NCBI GenBank assembly: GCA_051362555.1
Contig: CM120641.1
Location: 16,368,001-16,432,000, forward strand
Length of the DNA: 64,000 nucleotides
DNA from: Lingula anatina
Lineage: Eukaryota > Animalia > Brachiopoda
Reading direction: 5' to 3'
The notes beneath the pieces are model-generated. The model was given only the letters and a program-made list of their open reading frames with translations, searched no databases and was not told where the DNA came from. A program made the translations under genes and the position numbers. Below are positions 12,801 through 23,647 of this stretch, one piece after another (position 1 is the first letter of the stretch; every line of letters starts with the position of its first letter).

Positions 12801-15800
12801 CTGTAAGGCTAAAAAAGTCCCATTAAAGGTAAATCAGGGTCTCGTATCTCGAAAACATCGCGTATTGGGAATAGCGATATCACATAGAGGCTACAATGTA
12901 TATATGGGGCGAGTATGGGCGAGTTATGGAATCGAGACCCTTGCGCACGGTCGCAATGTGCTATGCTTTCGAGATACGGGGCCCAGCTATTATTTTTTGT
13001 ATAACAAAAACCGTAGCCATTAATGCCATTTAAGATACAAAACCCTATTACTTAAGAATCGAGACCCTTGCGCACGGTCGCAATGTGCTATGCTTTCGAG
13101 ATACGGGGCCCAGCTATTATTTTTTGTATAACAAAAACCGTAGCCATTAATGCCATTTAAGATACAAAACCCTATTACTTAAGATACAAAACCCTAAACT
13201 ATTACTGTAACATTAAAACATCAATTTCACTAAAAGGAAATTTACAGAGTGAAACAGCTTCATACTGATACGATGTAACAGGTTACACAGTTTTGACTCA
13301 GCACAGCAATGACATCATGGTATTCTTATAAATATGATGCTGAAAAGCACCTTGATGGTAAGCACATACCTGTGAGTAACATGCCAGGAAATCATTGAAG
13401 CAGGGCATCAGATGATCACGGATGTTGGGTGCAACAGCTATGCCAACCTGATATAGTAAACAGTATTGTTTCTTTTTAATAAAACATACTTACGTAATAC
13501 AAAAGTGATAATTTGAAAAGAATTTTCCAAATGTATTAAAGAAAATAAGTGTTTATACTCTTAAACTGCTCAATCTTTAATTCAAATCAATATTCATGCT
13601 TATTAGTCTGTTTAAATTAGTATTTTCATTTTCAGCCTAAAAGAGATACTATGTAAGATAATTGTATTGGGCACATCAGAAAGTAAAATGTTGACAATTT
13701 TACTGAATTATTACATATGGACAAAAAAGTACTTAAGCATTTACATATATACATACATACATACAACTTTAGGCTTTGAATAAGGTCTGTTTTGGCAAAA
13801 TGCATAAGTGATTCAGAAGATGGAAAAAATGTAATCTAATAAGGTTATTAATATAATTACATTTTGCCGATTTCTACTGATAGTGTATTTCCTACCTACC
13901 CTGCTGAGATAACACCTTGCGTAGATTCCCACTAGTGGGTCTCCCATGCCACGGGTCATGTCTGCCAGACGACACAGGGCAGCCGAATACTCACTGGAAG
14001 TTAAATGCAGGAAATATATGATTATGACATATTGATAATAAACCAATATGATATAACACATTTTTGAATAAAATTTAATACGACATATTTTTGAATAAAA
14101 TTTATGGCAAATCTTTCTTTCTGAGCTTCTTCTATCTGTTAGAACTTTTATATAAAGATCCTTCAAGAAACTTCATCTCAAGATTTTTTTTCATCTTTCT
14201 AAATTTTCAAACATTTTGTATTAACCACATACTGCACCACATTAACACTGGTGTAAAACTGACCTGGTGTCTAGAAAGCTGTAACATTTCAAGATGGCAG
14301 TTTCTACATAAAACCTTGGGATCAGTTCCCTAATAGATGCAATCTTGAAAAACCAATTTCTACAAGTTTCTTTGGCAGAGTCAGGAACTTGTTCTGGTGT
14401 AAAATTCTCTGAAAAGAAAAATAATCAAAAATACAAAATATGGATAAATGACCATCATCATCCAGTGTAAAGACTAAAGCTTTAAATGTAACATTTAATT
14501 TACTACTCTCCTTTTTTTTTAATTCTATATACTTTTCTTTTTTCAAAATACAAGTTTTTTAACAACAAATATTCTCTACTAAATGACATTTTAATAGGAT
14601 AGCCAAAAAGACAGAGCAATTCTCCATGCTGATCACAACTGCTGTGTTACCTGGTAGTTGTATAGGCATTGAGCTGCCAACTGGAATGTAATTACTCTTG
14701 CTGCGAATACGTTCAAATACCAGCTTGCCAAATGTATCTAGGATGTCTGTGATCAGAACAAACTTGCTGGGATAAAACTGGATCACATTGGTGTCTGACA
14801 GCAACTTGGAGCACTTGAAAAAATATAGTATTAGTTTACCAATCACATACTGGTACAAACACAGATTACAGGATAATATCAGGCAAAAGGCAATATCAAG
14901 TGAACAGGCTAATTCAATAAGACAATCACCTAAATGTAGCATAATTTTTTAAAACTTCCATCAATTCACATCCAAAGACTGAGCAGTCAATGCTTGTATG
15001 AATTGTCTGTAAAACAAAATCTACCTGTATAGCAATCTTGAGTGCCTTTACTCTCTGGTCCTGGTCCCATGCATCTATCAATGCTTGGTTTAATTCATCT
15101 ATTCTGTTTACATACTCCTGCTGGCTCAAGTCAAGCATTTCCTGCACTGAGCCCTTACCATGAAATATAGGTCAGAATGTCACATTACCATAAAAAGCAC
15201 AGGCTATGTAAAATAAACCAATGTGCACCTTTTTTAATTTCAAAAATTCGCAAAATATAATGAACAAAAGTTTAACGATTTATCATGTAATCCTTGAACA
15301 ATGCAATAACATTAACAACTTATAATAAAACATTGTCTATGCTACATCTGATACATTAGTTTTTGCAAGAACATAATTACCTCTTCAAAGTCATCCAGTT
15401 GCTCAAGTCTATTTTTCACCTTATCTGTCACTGTGCTCTGTGCCTTGATGACAACTAAAACAGTGAGAATATAAAAAATGTTGCAAAAAGAAATGGAATG
15501 AGAAACTTAGTTTCAATCAATATGAGGTATTAACTTCATTTAACAGCTGATGCTTGAGAACTCAAAAACAAAAATTTACTAATTTCCTTTTTAGCTGCTG
15601 ATTCAGGAAAATTTTGAATTCATTTTAGGCCACAAAAGAAACATTTTCTTTTCACAATTTAGAACTATTTAATAATTAGTGTGCCTCATTACACTCACCT
15701 CTGTCTTTTTCATGGGCTGACAGGAAACTTGTTGTAATGGTCAACTTCTCTGAGGTAGTGTGTTTGGTCAGAATACTCAGCTTTTTCACTGACCAAGGTT

Positions 15801-17837
15801 CAAATGTTTCATCTAGTCCATTATTTTCATCTTTAGGCATGGACTGTTTAAGGATAATGGAAAGATATTCCATCAAAATGAATAAATCAACATACAGTAT
15901 ATTACTAAAAGTAATAGTAAATTTACAATTTTGGTTTAATGACATCCTATTCAATAAAAAATTGCCACGTTTTCAAATTCATAAAAAGAACAATCCAACT
16001 AATGAATGTGTGAAACACATGCAAAACTCAGCCTTTGTGCTGTAAAAAAAGAAAACAAAGTTAAACCTTTTCTTTGGTAGTTGTCTGAGCTGACATCCTA
16101 GACAGAGGGTCTGCCTGAGAAGCAAACATGGAGAGAGGATCTGCTCCATCCATGGCAGAAGTGAGTGGGTCCAAAGGGTGACTACTTGTTCTAGGACGTC
16201 CATCTTGGACTTGTGACTTGCCAGTCTTCTTCACCTCTGTTACCTGAGAGTGATAATTTAAATAAATTTACAGATATTCATGTATAGACAAAAACAGCAT
16301 TATGGTTAATCCTTAGTAGTTTTATTTAAAGCACAGACCAAATTTTTACGTAAGATTCTTAATACAGATAGACGTTAACAAAAAGTGATGTGTTACTGGA
16401 CTGCATGTTTCTATAGTTTTTTCAGATCATTTTCTGCCGAGAAACCTTCAATGATCCAACTCTTTTGACTTATTTCAAGAAACCTAATAAGTACATTTCA
16501 ATAAAATCTACTCAAGAACAATGTATACAGTGTAGGTTGTCTCAATAGTAAACTTTTAACTGGTGTATTACAAAGGTGTAAACTTATCAGATCTGACACT
16601 GTTGGCAATATCTCTCTGACATGATCACAGGTGAAACTGTACAACCCTGAATCAGGGGTAATAACCTAGGAGCATAGAGACTACCACAGGTAAATCAAAG
16701 AAAAATTCTATGTACAACATTAGGAGGCCAGCTTCAACTGGACAGGTTAAGGTCTGCATGGACTAAACCTACCATTCCTAGAGGAATAGGGCAGGGGGTA
16801 GGGTGCGTACTGTACTGTACAGGTCAAGTTGAAAACATCGTGCCAACAAAATATCCTGCCTGGTAAAATTTTCACCCATATACATGTGCTACATGAAAGT
16901 TAAATTGCTTCTGATGCAATTAACCTTACTAGTATTGTGTACTGTGACGATGTAGTGCGTTAGTTGAGATTGTTTTATATTGCTACCGGTAGATGTCTCT
17001 ATAGGTAAAGTGTTACCCGGTGTGCAAGTTTGAATCTCTCCCGTGATTGGTAACTTAAAGGTAAAACTGTTCACTGTATAATTGGTTCTGATAGGTAAAC
17101 GTGTACTATCTGAACTTGTATATAAGGTGTGACTTGAAATAAATCGGTCTCTTTTGGGGCTTATCTCTTTGCGGCTCTCTTGGTCCTCTTTTGCTGCTCT
17201 CTGAGGCTTTTCTCTGTGCTTATATTTTGAGATACCAGTAAGTACATTGTTATTTGTACCTTCATAAGGCACTCGGCCGCGAAGGCGTAACAGTACATAC
17301 TGTATTGGCATTCATACATCAAATCAAATTATACATTGTTACTCAAGATCTGAAGCTTAATCTAAGTATTCTAATCTAAGTATCTCCCATTCCCTTAAGG
17401 TAAAAAGAATATGTGTTACTTACTACAATACCCTTGAGTGGGTGGCTTGTTGCCTCTTCTTTGGGCAATGTTTTGGCTTCCTTTTCAATTGCAGCATGCT
17501 TTATTCTGGGGGTCCTATAAATGGCATTGACAATTAAGACCAGTCAACGTATAAATGCCATTGTAGATAAATTCAAATTCAGAGCAATTCCAAATAAACA
17601 GTTAGATAGCGTAGCATACTACATACTGTGCTTGCCTTGTTAAAACATTTTAACCTGTTAAAGTACTAACCAAGCCTTCAACGATAGTAACTATTTTGCA
17701 AAAGTTTTTAAACTTTAACAGCAGAGATACTTTAAATTCAACATAAAGACAATGTATTTAACATGACATGACATGTAACTTGTAAAAACCAACATGAAAT
17801 CAACCCGTAACATTTCCTACCATTCGTAGGTCGCCAT
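3868..17837 (-). CDS. VPS35L: VPS35 endosomal protein sorting factor-like (Retriever subunit, C16orf62 ortholog), multi-exon
   Basis: GT-AG exons translate to MATYEW|[69 protein letters not shown]|[53 protein letters not shown]|[13 protein letters not shown], and a last exon [15 protein letters not shown] (stop 3868-3870). These are recognisable VPS35L segments. ATG at 17837. Confidence 0.95.
4017..4057. repeat. (TAAA)n microsatellite in VPS35L intron
   Basis: Directly visible tandem AAAT units. Confidence 0.85.
5766..6500 (+). mobile_element. Non-autonomous Helentron/HINE-like element with an internal ~130-bp tandem repeat (about 3 copies)
   Basis: Starts AACTAGAGG. Diverged repeat units are anchored by AGGTCA(A/G)AGG(T/C)CAATTTCA..TCACAGTT at 6008, 6142 and 6271. 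Short imperfect hairpin near 6477-6492, followed by an A-rich end. Confidence 0.6.
6507..7160 (+). mobile_element. Non-autonomous Helentron/HINE-like element with 3' hairpin
   Basis: Starts AACAAGAGG and is CpG-richer than its flanks. Contains a GGTCAAAGGTCA motif and short CGGAGC repeats (7065-7100). Terminal hairpin AGTACCGCCAGCGT-ag-ACGCTGGTGGTACT (7128-7157) followed by AATAA. Confidence 0.65.
8802..8848 (-). terminator. Histone-type 3' stem-loop (8844-8829) plus histone downstream element-like motif (8815-8802)
   Basis: Minus strand reads AAAA GGCCTT TTTC AAGGCC ACCATATCATTTC AGAAAAGCTATACC; the stem starts 23 nt after the stop of ORF 9248-8868. Confidence 0.85.
8868..9248 (-). CDS. Uncharacterised 126-aa intronless protein (acidic N-terminus, helical C-domain), nested in a VPS35L intron; paralog A
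   Basis: Intact ORF with good start context (GCCAAAATGG), TATA box and initiator upstream, and a paralog at 10457-10870 (78/93 identical over the C-terminal domain by manual count). Confidence 0.85.
   Translation of the reverse strand: METETSFLQIDSDSFESDLSDSEVFSDDIDQMPDPDYIEDQLTIMHAKFSKALHQIQLLDHHIYGLQQRYYRATMTGRHASRYSLRLKITTLFGVKQMIQEYALRMSEEAEALQRSQYGICFPQSE
9301..9403 (-). promoter_or_regulatory. Core promoter of paralog A
   Basis: TATAAGAG (9339-9332) and CATCACTCGAG initiator-like motif (9312-9302). Upstream ATAATACAT (9378-9370) and ATGAAGCCAT (9403-9394) are shared with paralog B. Confidence 0.65.
10315..10405 (+). promoter_or_regulatory. Core promoter of paralog B
   Basis: ATGAAGCCAT (10315-10324), ATAATACAT (10340-10348), TATAAAAG (10365-10372) and TCATCACTTGAG initiator-like motif (10394-10405). 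Confidence 0.7.
10457..10870 (+). CDS. Uncharacterised 137-aa intronless protein, antisense within a VPS35L intron; paralog B
   Basis: Intact ORF with start context GCCAAGATGG; shares DPDY.EDQLT.MHAKF.KALHQ...[39 protein letters not shown] with paralog A. Confidence 0.85.
   Translation: MENQVILQQNDNDQWLMESFESDDTSVFEGFSDDSWIEEKHEELDPDYVEDQLTTMHAKFTKALHQMELLDNHIRGLQQRYYRATTTSRHASHYSLRLKITTLFGVKQMIYEYALQMSEEAEALQRSQYGICFPETQ
10890..10936 (+). terminator. Histone-type 3' stem-loop (10894-10909) plus histone downstream element-like motif (10923-10936)
   Basis: AAAA GGCCTT TTTC AAGGCC ACCACATGATACA AGAAAAGCTATACC; the stem starts 23 nt after the stop. An AATAAA also occurs at 10959-10964. Confidence 0.85.
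12838..13182. mobile_element. MITE-like insertion with an exact 127-bp tandem duplication of its right part and flank
   Basis: GGGTCTCGTATCTCGAAA (~12838) is inverted against TTTCGAGATACGGGGCCC (~12966-12983). 12929-13055 is repeated at 13056-13182. Confidence 0.65.
16943..17292 (+). mobile_element. Solo LTR (Gypsy-like, 350 bp) in VPS35L intron
   Basis: TGTGACG...CGTAACA termini (TG...CA, near-perfect 7-bp inverted ends), 4-bp target-site duplication GTAC (16939-16942 and 17293-17296), internal TATATAAG (17119) followed by AATAAA (17138). Confidence 0.8.
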
Positions 17838-18064
17838 CTTGTCCAAGTCACATGATCACATTCACAACTAATCGCCAAGAGTATCCAGGGATTTTCAGTT
17901 GTTAAATTGCTATGGTTGTATTTTGTTGTCCAACATATGAACAATGGATCTTGAATGCATACTCACGGTTGAGTATTTGAAGCTAAATATGGGTAAAGAC
18001 ATCTACACTCATATATTTCCGCCCCAAACCTCGTTTCCATATCAAGTTTTCATTCCTTTGTTAA
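17838..18064. promoter_or_regulatory. Bidirectional promoter VPS35L/MED9
   Basis: About 230 bp between divergent start codons; AAGATGGCG (YY1-like) at the VPS35L start, GTCACATGA E-box-like motif, CCGCCCC GC-box near 18019. Confidence 0.7.
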
Positions 18065-18073
18065 ATGAAGAGC

Positions 18074-18607
18074 ATGGCCAGCTTGAGTGAAGATGTGAAC
18101 TTTCTTCCCATTATTTATGACATTATTAAAAGGTACTGTTTGGTTCATAAATTGTACGTGATTGAAGTCGATGTAATTTATCAAAGTTGCAGTTTCTGTT
18201 GACTTTGGATTCTAATTTAGATTGATTTTAAGTAAAGACGAAAGGATGTACATTGCAAATAAAGCAAGGCAAGGATGTTTAGCAGGTCAGAATTTGAAAT
18301 AAGAATACTTGTTTACTGGTTTGCTATTTACTCTAATGGTTTATATTGACTTGAGTATCAATTTATTTACCATACCCACACTTTCTTTTCCAGCATTGAC
18401 AAAGATTCCCATGATGTTGGCACCAAAGTGAATGAATTCAAAGTGAAGCTGCAGAAAGCAAAGGACCAGACTGAAAAGCTCCCAGGGATAGAGTATAGCA
18501 AGGAGGATCAACTAAAACAGCTAGACATTCTGAGAAAACAATTGATTCAAAAGACGGAATTACTTCAGAAATACAAAAATCTGTGTAACTTTGATATCCC
18601 AAAATAG
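18074..18607 (+). CDS. MED9: Mediator of RNA polymerase II transcription subunit 9 (2 exons: 18074-18132, 18394-18607; an in-frame ATG also lies at 18065)
   Basis: Not in the ORF track. Spliced translation MASLSEDVNFLPIIYDIIKSIDKDSHDVGTKVNEFKVKLQKAKDQTEKLPGIEYSKEDQLKQLDILRKQLIQKTELLQKYKNLCNFDIPK* matches MED9 hallmarks (FLP..IIK..DKDS, PGI..S.E.Q..QL, K.ELLQKYK.LC.F.IPK). Confidence 0.9.
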
Positions 18608-18661
18608 CAAATACTCTTGTATTTTTCACTTTGAATTGTTCAGCGAAGAATTAAGCTCAAG

Positions 18662-19189
18662 ATGTCCAATGGCACATCAGAGGAGGAATTCCATCCTATA
18701 TTTTCCAGAGATCCAGCAGAATTTGTTAACTTCGTAAATAAGGAAGTTTGTGTAACATTAGAAGATGAATCTCAGCACATTGGCTGGGTGTACACCATTG
18801 ATCCAGTCACTGAGAATATCATCTTGGTAAACTTCATCAATGGTGAAGAGAAACTGGAACTTCTCATGGGTCATGCTGTTAAAGATATTGTTATACTGAA
18901 CAGTAACAAAGAGACCCACAAAGCTGAGTTAGACCGTATGTTCAAGTTGCAAGTGGTAACACAGCTGACTCCAGAGGAGATGAAACAAAGACAAGAAAAG
19001 TTAAGATGTTGGTTGATGAAACATAGAATCCCAGTCCAAACCACAGACAATGAATGTTTGAGTGTCTCTGATGCTCTCGTAATAGAACCTCCCTATACAG
19101 CAGAGAGTTGCAGGAGCACTAATGAAATTGTTCTAGGAAGGGTCCAGGGACTTATAAAAAATATGCCTGACCAGGTGGACGATTGGTGA
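18662..19189 (+). CDS. GEMIN6: Gem-associated protein 6 (SMN complex, Sm-like fold), intronless CDS
   Basis: GWVYTIDPVTENIILVNF..MGHAV, LRCWLMKHRIPV and IEPPYTAESCRSTNEIVLGRVQGLI are Gemin6 motifs; AATAAA at 19434. Confidence 0.92.
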   Translation: MSNGTSEEEFHPIFSRDPAEFVNFVNKEVCVTLEDESQHIGWVYTIDPVTENIILVNFINGEEKLELLMGHAVKDIVILNSNKETHKAELDRMFKLQVVTQLTPEEMKQRQEKLRCWLMKHRIPVQTTDNECLSVSDALVIEPPYTAESCRSTNEIVLGRVQGLIKNMPDQVDDW

Positions 19190-20075
19190 TAGTTTATTTA
19201 GAAATAGGGACCCTTCCTTTTTTTTACATTTAAAAGATGCATTCAAGCTAATGTAGTAGATCCAGCAAAGTATCAGATACATTTTGCTCAGCTCAGCTCT
19301 AATCAGATAGATGAATACAAGTAGCAAGACTTTTAAGTACTATTTTCTAAGTTTATTGAGCAAAAGGAATGTTGACATTGTATTTTTGTTAATTGTAAAA
19401 TTATATTGTATGAAAATTATAGTGTATAGGGAAAATAAAGCTGATGCTCTATATTTCAATTAAACTGATGTTAATATAGAGAGAACTGAAAAAAGTTAGC
19501 ATTCAATTCTGTTTCACAGAGGGCTAAACTTCTACAGAAATGACTATCCTATAAAGTAAAATGTTGCATATAAATACAATTTGTTCACTGGTGAGACTTT
19601 TCTGACTTTTGTCAGAAGTCCGACTTTTTCAGGGTCATTTGGGTCATTCTTGTGAATTGTGTACCCTGGACGCTCAGCCAATTTTCCCACTTTTTCAGTA
19701 AAGACTGGTCTCATCCCTGTTTGTTAGACCAATCGACTTCAGAATTCCAACTTCAACAATTTTGATCCATTCACTGTATCTGATTATTCATTATTTTCAC
19801 ATTCAAGTGTCTGGTCCTTGTCTATCTTTTTGTAAAAGCAGTAAGCAAGCTAAAAATTTGTGATTTCAAGTGAATCATACATTTGATCTCTGAGATGTAT
19901 ATGTAACTGAAATCCTCAAAAATTGCAAAACCAAGCACCATGATAAAGTGTTAACTTTTAAGTACCTCTGCCAATCTCTGTTAAAATCCCTAAGTCAAAA
20001 TTCCATGCTACCCCTTTAAAATTTTTAAAGCAATCTTCCAACATGGTTGAAGTTATTTTCATCTATACAGATTTC

Positions 20076-23000
20076 CTAGACAGATTTTCCTGACACTTCC
20101 AAAAAGAAAATGTGGAATATAAAGGCAGCTATCTTCTCATAGAGCATAAACATCAGGGCTGCTGTAAGCACAGTCTGGAGAAGCTTGGCTTCCAAACCCT
20201 TAAACAGACCTTTCACCCCATTGTTCCTGGAAATGGAAGAGGTACCAATCTGTATCACTTTCGTTACACTTGAATATTATAGAATCACTGTTATTGCTTT
20301 CTTATATAATTTAATACAAAGAATCCCCTGGTTTGACCATAAGAATAACAAGGCATTTTTGGGAATGCCTACCTTATTACTTCTTGCCAAGTTTCAATGA
20401 CTCCTTTAGGGTTCTTAGCATTTTTACTGAAACCAACCTGAAATAAAAGCAGAGGAGGGAAATAGTTACGTGCTCTTTGCAAATTTTGAAAATATTGGAA
20501 TAGAGCAGACTCCATTTAAGATGTAAAAGAATTTCCACATTTACAGAGAAGAACGCACAGCTATTTACAATCACAAATAAAAATTATTGGCATTATAATG
20601 GTTAATTCATTTTCAAATTTCAGAGATGGTGTAAGTATTATGCAATCACTTACCCTTGATCTTGCCTGTATTACTTGGACAGGATAGCTCACAGTTGTGG
20701 CTACAGCTTTAGCAATAGCACCAATGAAGAAGTATGTTAAGCCTGAGAGCTCCTGCAGAAAAATTCAAATGATGCGAGAACATACTTAATTGTAATGTAA
20801 AATATGAAAATATTTGTATTAAGTTCATAATACCTGAAGTATTATAAGACAATTAGACTAGAAATTGATCTTATACATGGGAATATGAGGTCCGATCCTT
20901 TTAAAATGCATACCTGAACCTTCCAAAGTCTCTGAAAGTATCTCTTAATGACCTCATAGACCATGAACTGCACTGCAGGGTTAACAGTTAGCACCAAAGA
21001 TGGCAGCATGCCACTCCAAAGAGACGAAACACCTTCATATCGGACTATCTTCAAAAAAGCATCTGGAAATCGATTCAATCATAAATAAATTTGACTTTCG
21101 AACTTGTATCCACCCTTTTCTCTGCACTTAACTGTATTATGCATAGAAATACAGAGTTCACACAAAGTAGCAATTCTATGGTCAATATTAAACCTGTTTG
21201 TTTCATATACTTCCATCTAAGTGCTATTCAATTTATATTGGGTTTAAAAAACATCCCTGTCTGTCAAAGACTGACAAGTAGTGCTGCACATCCTGTCCAA
21301 CCTTGCAACTGGTACAAACAGCAGTATGCTTACCTAATATCCCTCGATACTTTGGGAACTTCTGCTCCTTATACTGTTTGGTCCTCAAATTGGCGCCTTG
21401 GATTTTCAGTCTAGAGTTAATCACCCATAGAGGAGTTGTAAGCAGAACATTTACAATACCTGAAAATTTTTAAAAATTATTTTAATAATTTAATAATTAA
21501 AATGTACCTTAGACATTTTGTGTATTGTCTATGACTATCATGTTTTATTCATTCTAATCTACAACTGGCCACTACAACTATTTGAATAGTACATTTGCCT
21601 TTAACAGGTAGTGTCTTTGTGTCTTTTGATTGAAAAATAACGTATGTCTGATACTTTAAAATATTCTGTGCTGGATCTGTATTCACAAAGTTAACGTATA
21701 TCAGGTAAATGTACAAATCTTTTTGGTATAATGTGTACATACCTGCCACAAAACCCATAAGCAAATCTTGCAATGCATCCTCCTTGTCTCTATGGGGTAC
21801 ACAGACATTTTTCAATCCATTATAAGTGTAAAAATACACAAAATTTGAGCAACATAAGGAAGTGATAACTGGAAATAGCCCTCTGTATAGTCCATCACTA
21901 AAAAGTTAAATAAAGATAATTGTTTGTAAGAAGTATTTATCAGCACCTTTAAGGGAGTTTAATGGACAATCACCATCATTTTTTAGAAGAGTTAAGGGTA
22001 ATATCTAAAATATCATATATATATTTGAAGTTGACTGTTTGCACATAAAATTATGTATTTAGTGTCCCCATGGTTATTCTTATTATACTCACATCCCTTC
22101 TTCCTTGAATATTTCATGGAGTATCACTGGGGTTGGCTTGGCTTCTCGCAAGTCATCAACTGAAAAACAGAAATCACTAAATAACAATGGATTATGATAT
22201 AAACAACTTCACAAATATTCAAATAATTATATAACAGATGTTTCTATTAACTACATACAGCCTGTACTATACATAATTGTGAAAAACTAGTAAATTAAAA
22301 TGTGTTCAATCTTGTACTGTGAAATATTTGCTTTGTTCATATCAGTGCTACATTTACAGCAGCCCAAAAAAGAGTTCTATACATTGGAATTGATCTTCTA
22401 CAAGTGCCTTAAAATGTGTAACTTTCTAACCTACAAGTCTTGTTCGTGCTGTATCAAGTGGAAAGAACACAGTAAGGGCAGTGATGCTTCCCTAGAACAA
22501 AATCATTTAATGTAAATATAAAATAGTTGACTTCATCACACAGCTGGGCCACAAGGCATTTAGGCATTTTCCCTACATAATCAACCTTTAATCCCCTTTT
22601 CTTACACTTTCCATAACTATGTAACAATACAGGAAAATCAAAAAGTGTTTAACCAATACTTGAGTTTGGGGGCGTCTTTTTTATTCTGCCATCACTCTGA
22701 GCATCCACCCAGATTTTAAACTGTGGTCAAGATTGTTGACAGATGGCAATTTGCAAGGAGATGATCATTTACTTTTTTTTTTCATGGCATCTAACTCTTA
22801 AAAATTATACAAAGTATTTTCTCTTACAAATTATTGTTTGATCCATACTGATGCTTTGTAGATCTACCTTTTTAATTAAATCATTTAATTCTGAATGACT
22901 AGAACCAGATCTTATTGACATTTCAGGTGCATTAACGCGAGGGGTTTAACAATTTTAAAGGTCTTAATTGGTAAAGAGAAGCAGTCTTGCAAGGTATTCA

Positions 23001-23252
23001 GACATTAAAATTAAATCGACGTGTACAACATGTCTTTAATGCCAAGTGTAGTGAAGAGTAAAGAATATCCCCCCCCCCCAAGAGCACGTGCTTGTCGCAG
23101 GAAGAAACTTTGAGTAACTTCACATAAATTGTCGCTCAATATTAACAACCACTTACTGCAGCCCCTGCTATTGCATGAACTAAACTTCTGTAGGAGAAAA
23201 CATCTCTCAGGGCGTAAATGTCCAATCCCAGTGCTGTACACACTGAACTCAT
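20076..23252 (-). CDS. SLC25A17: Peroxisomal membrane protein PMP34 (mitochondrial carrier family), multi-exon
   Basis: [15 protein letters not shown]|[19 protein letters not shown]|..[56 protein letters not shown]. Confidence 0.95.
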
Positions 23253-23647
23253 GCTAGACGAGATAGATCTAACCTGAATATATTAGCGCATACTTTTAGG
23301 TCACCGTGACCAAAAGCGGGACAATTCTTAGTACTAGTACTACTACCATTACTAGTTCTCTGAACTCTACGTGGGTGATGGGTAGCACAACTTCCAGTGT
23401 GGTAGCTGTGCTATAGACAGAAGAGAATTATAATTAGTTATGTAAGAATAAATCATCGAATTTAAATTGTTCTTCTGCTTCCCTCATTTTATTCCATTGG
23501 CGTTTCACTATTGGCATAATCAGTAGATCCAAGATATTGCCTAATACTGATATATAATATATTTTTGGTTGAAATAAATGAAAATCCCAGCAAACGCAAC
23601 GGTATATAGGGCAATCTCGTGAAATCTCACGATATGTTACTAAAGAA
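23253..23647. promoter_or_regulatory. Bidirectional promoter SLC25A17/DNAJC7
   Basis: About 395 bp between divergent ATGs, locally CpG-enriched, with a TCTCGTGAAATCTCACGA motif near 23615. Confidence 0.6.

Noticed and set aside
14400-14470. Intronic C/D snoRNA (ATGATGA on the minus strand)
   Set aside because: No suitably placed D box or terminal stem before the acceptor
16889-17311. 140-aa ORF
   Set aside because: Coincides with the solo LTR and crosses its boundaries; no recognisable protein
18662-19189. Functional link between GEMIN6 (SMN complex assembles U7 snRNP) and the nearby stem-loop genes
   Set aside because: Proximity alone is not evidence in an animal genome; probably coincidence
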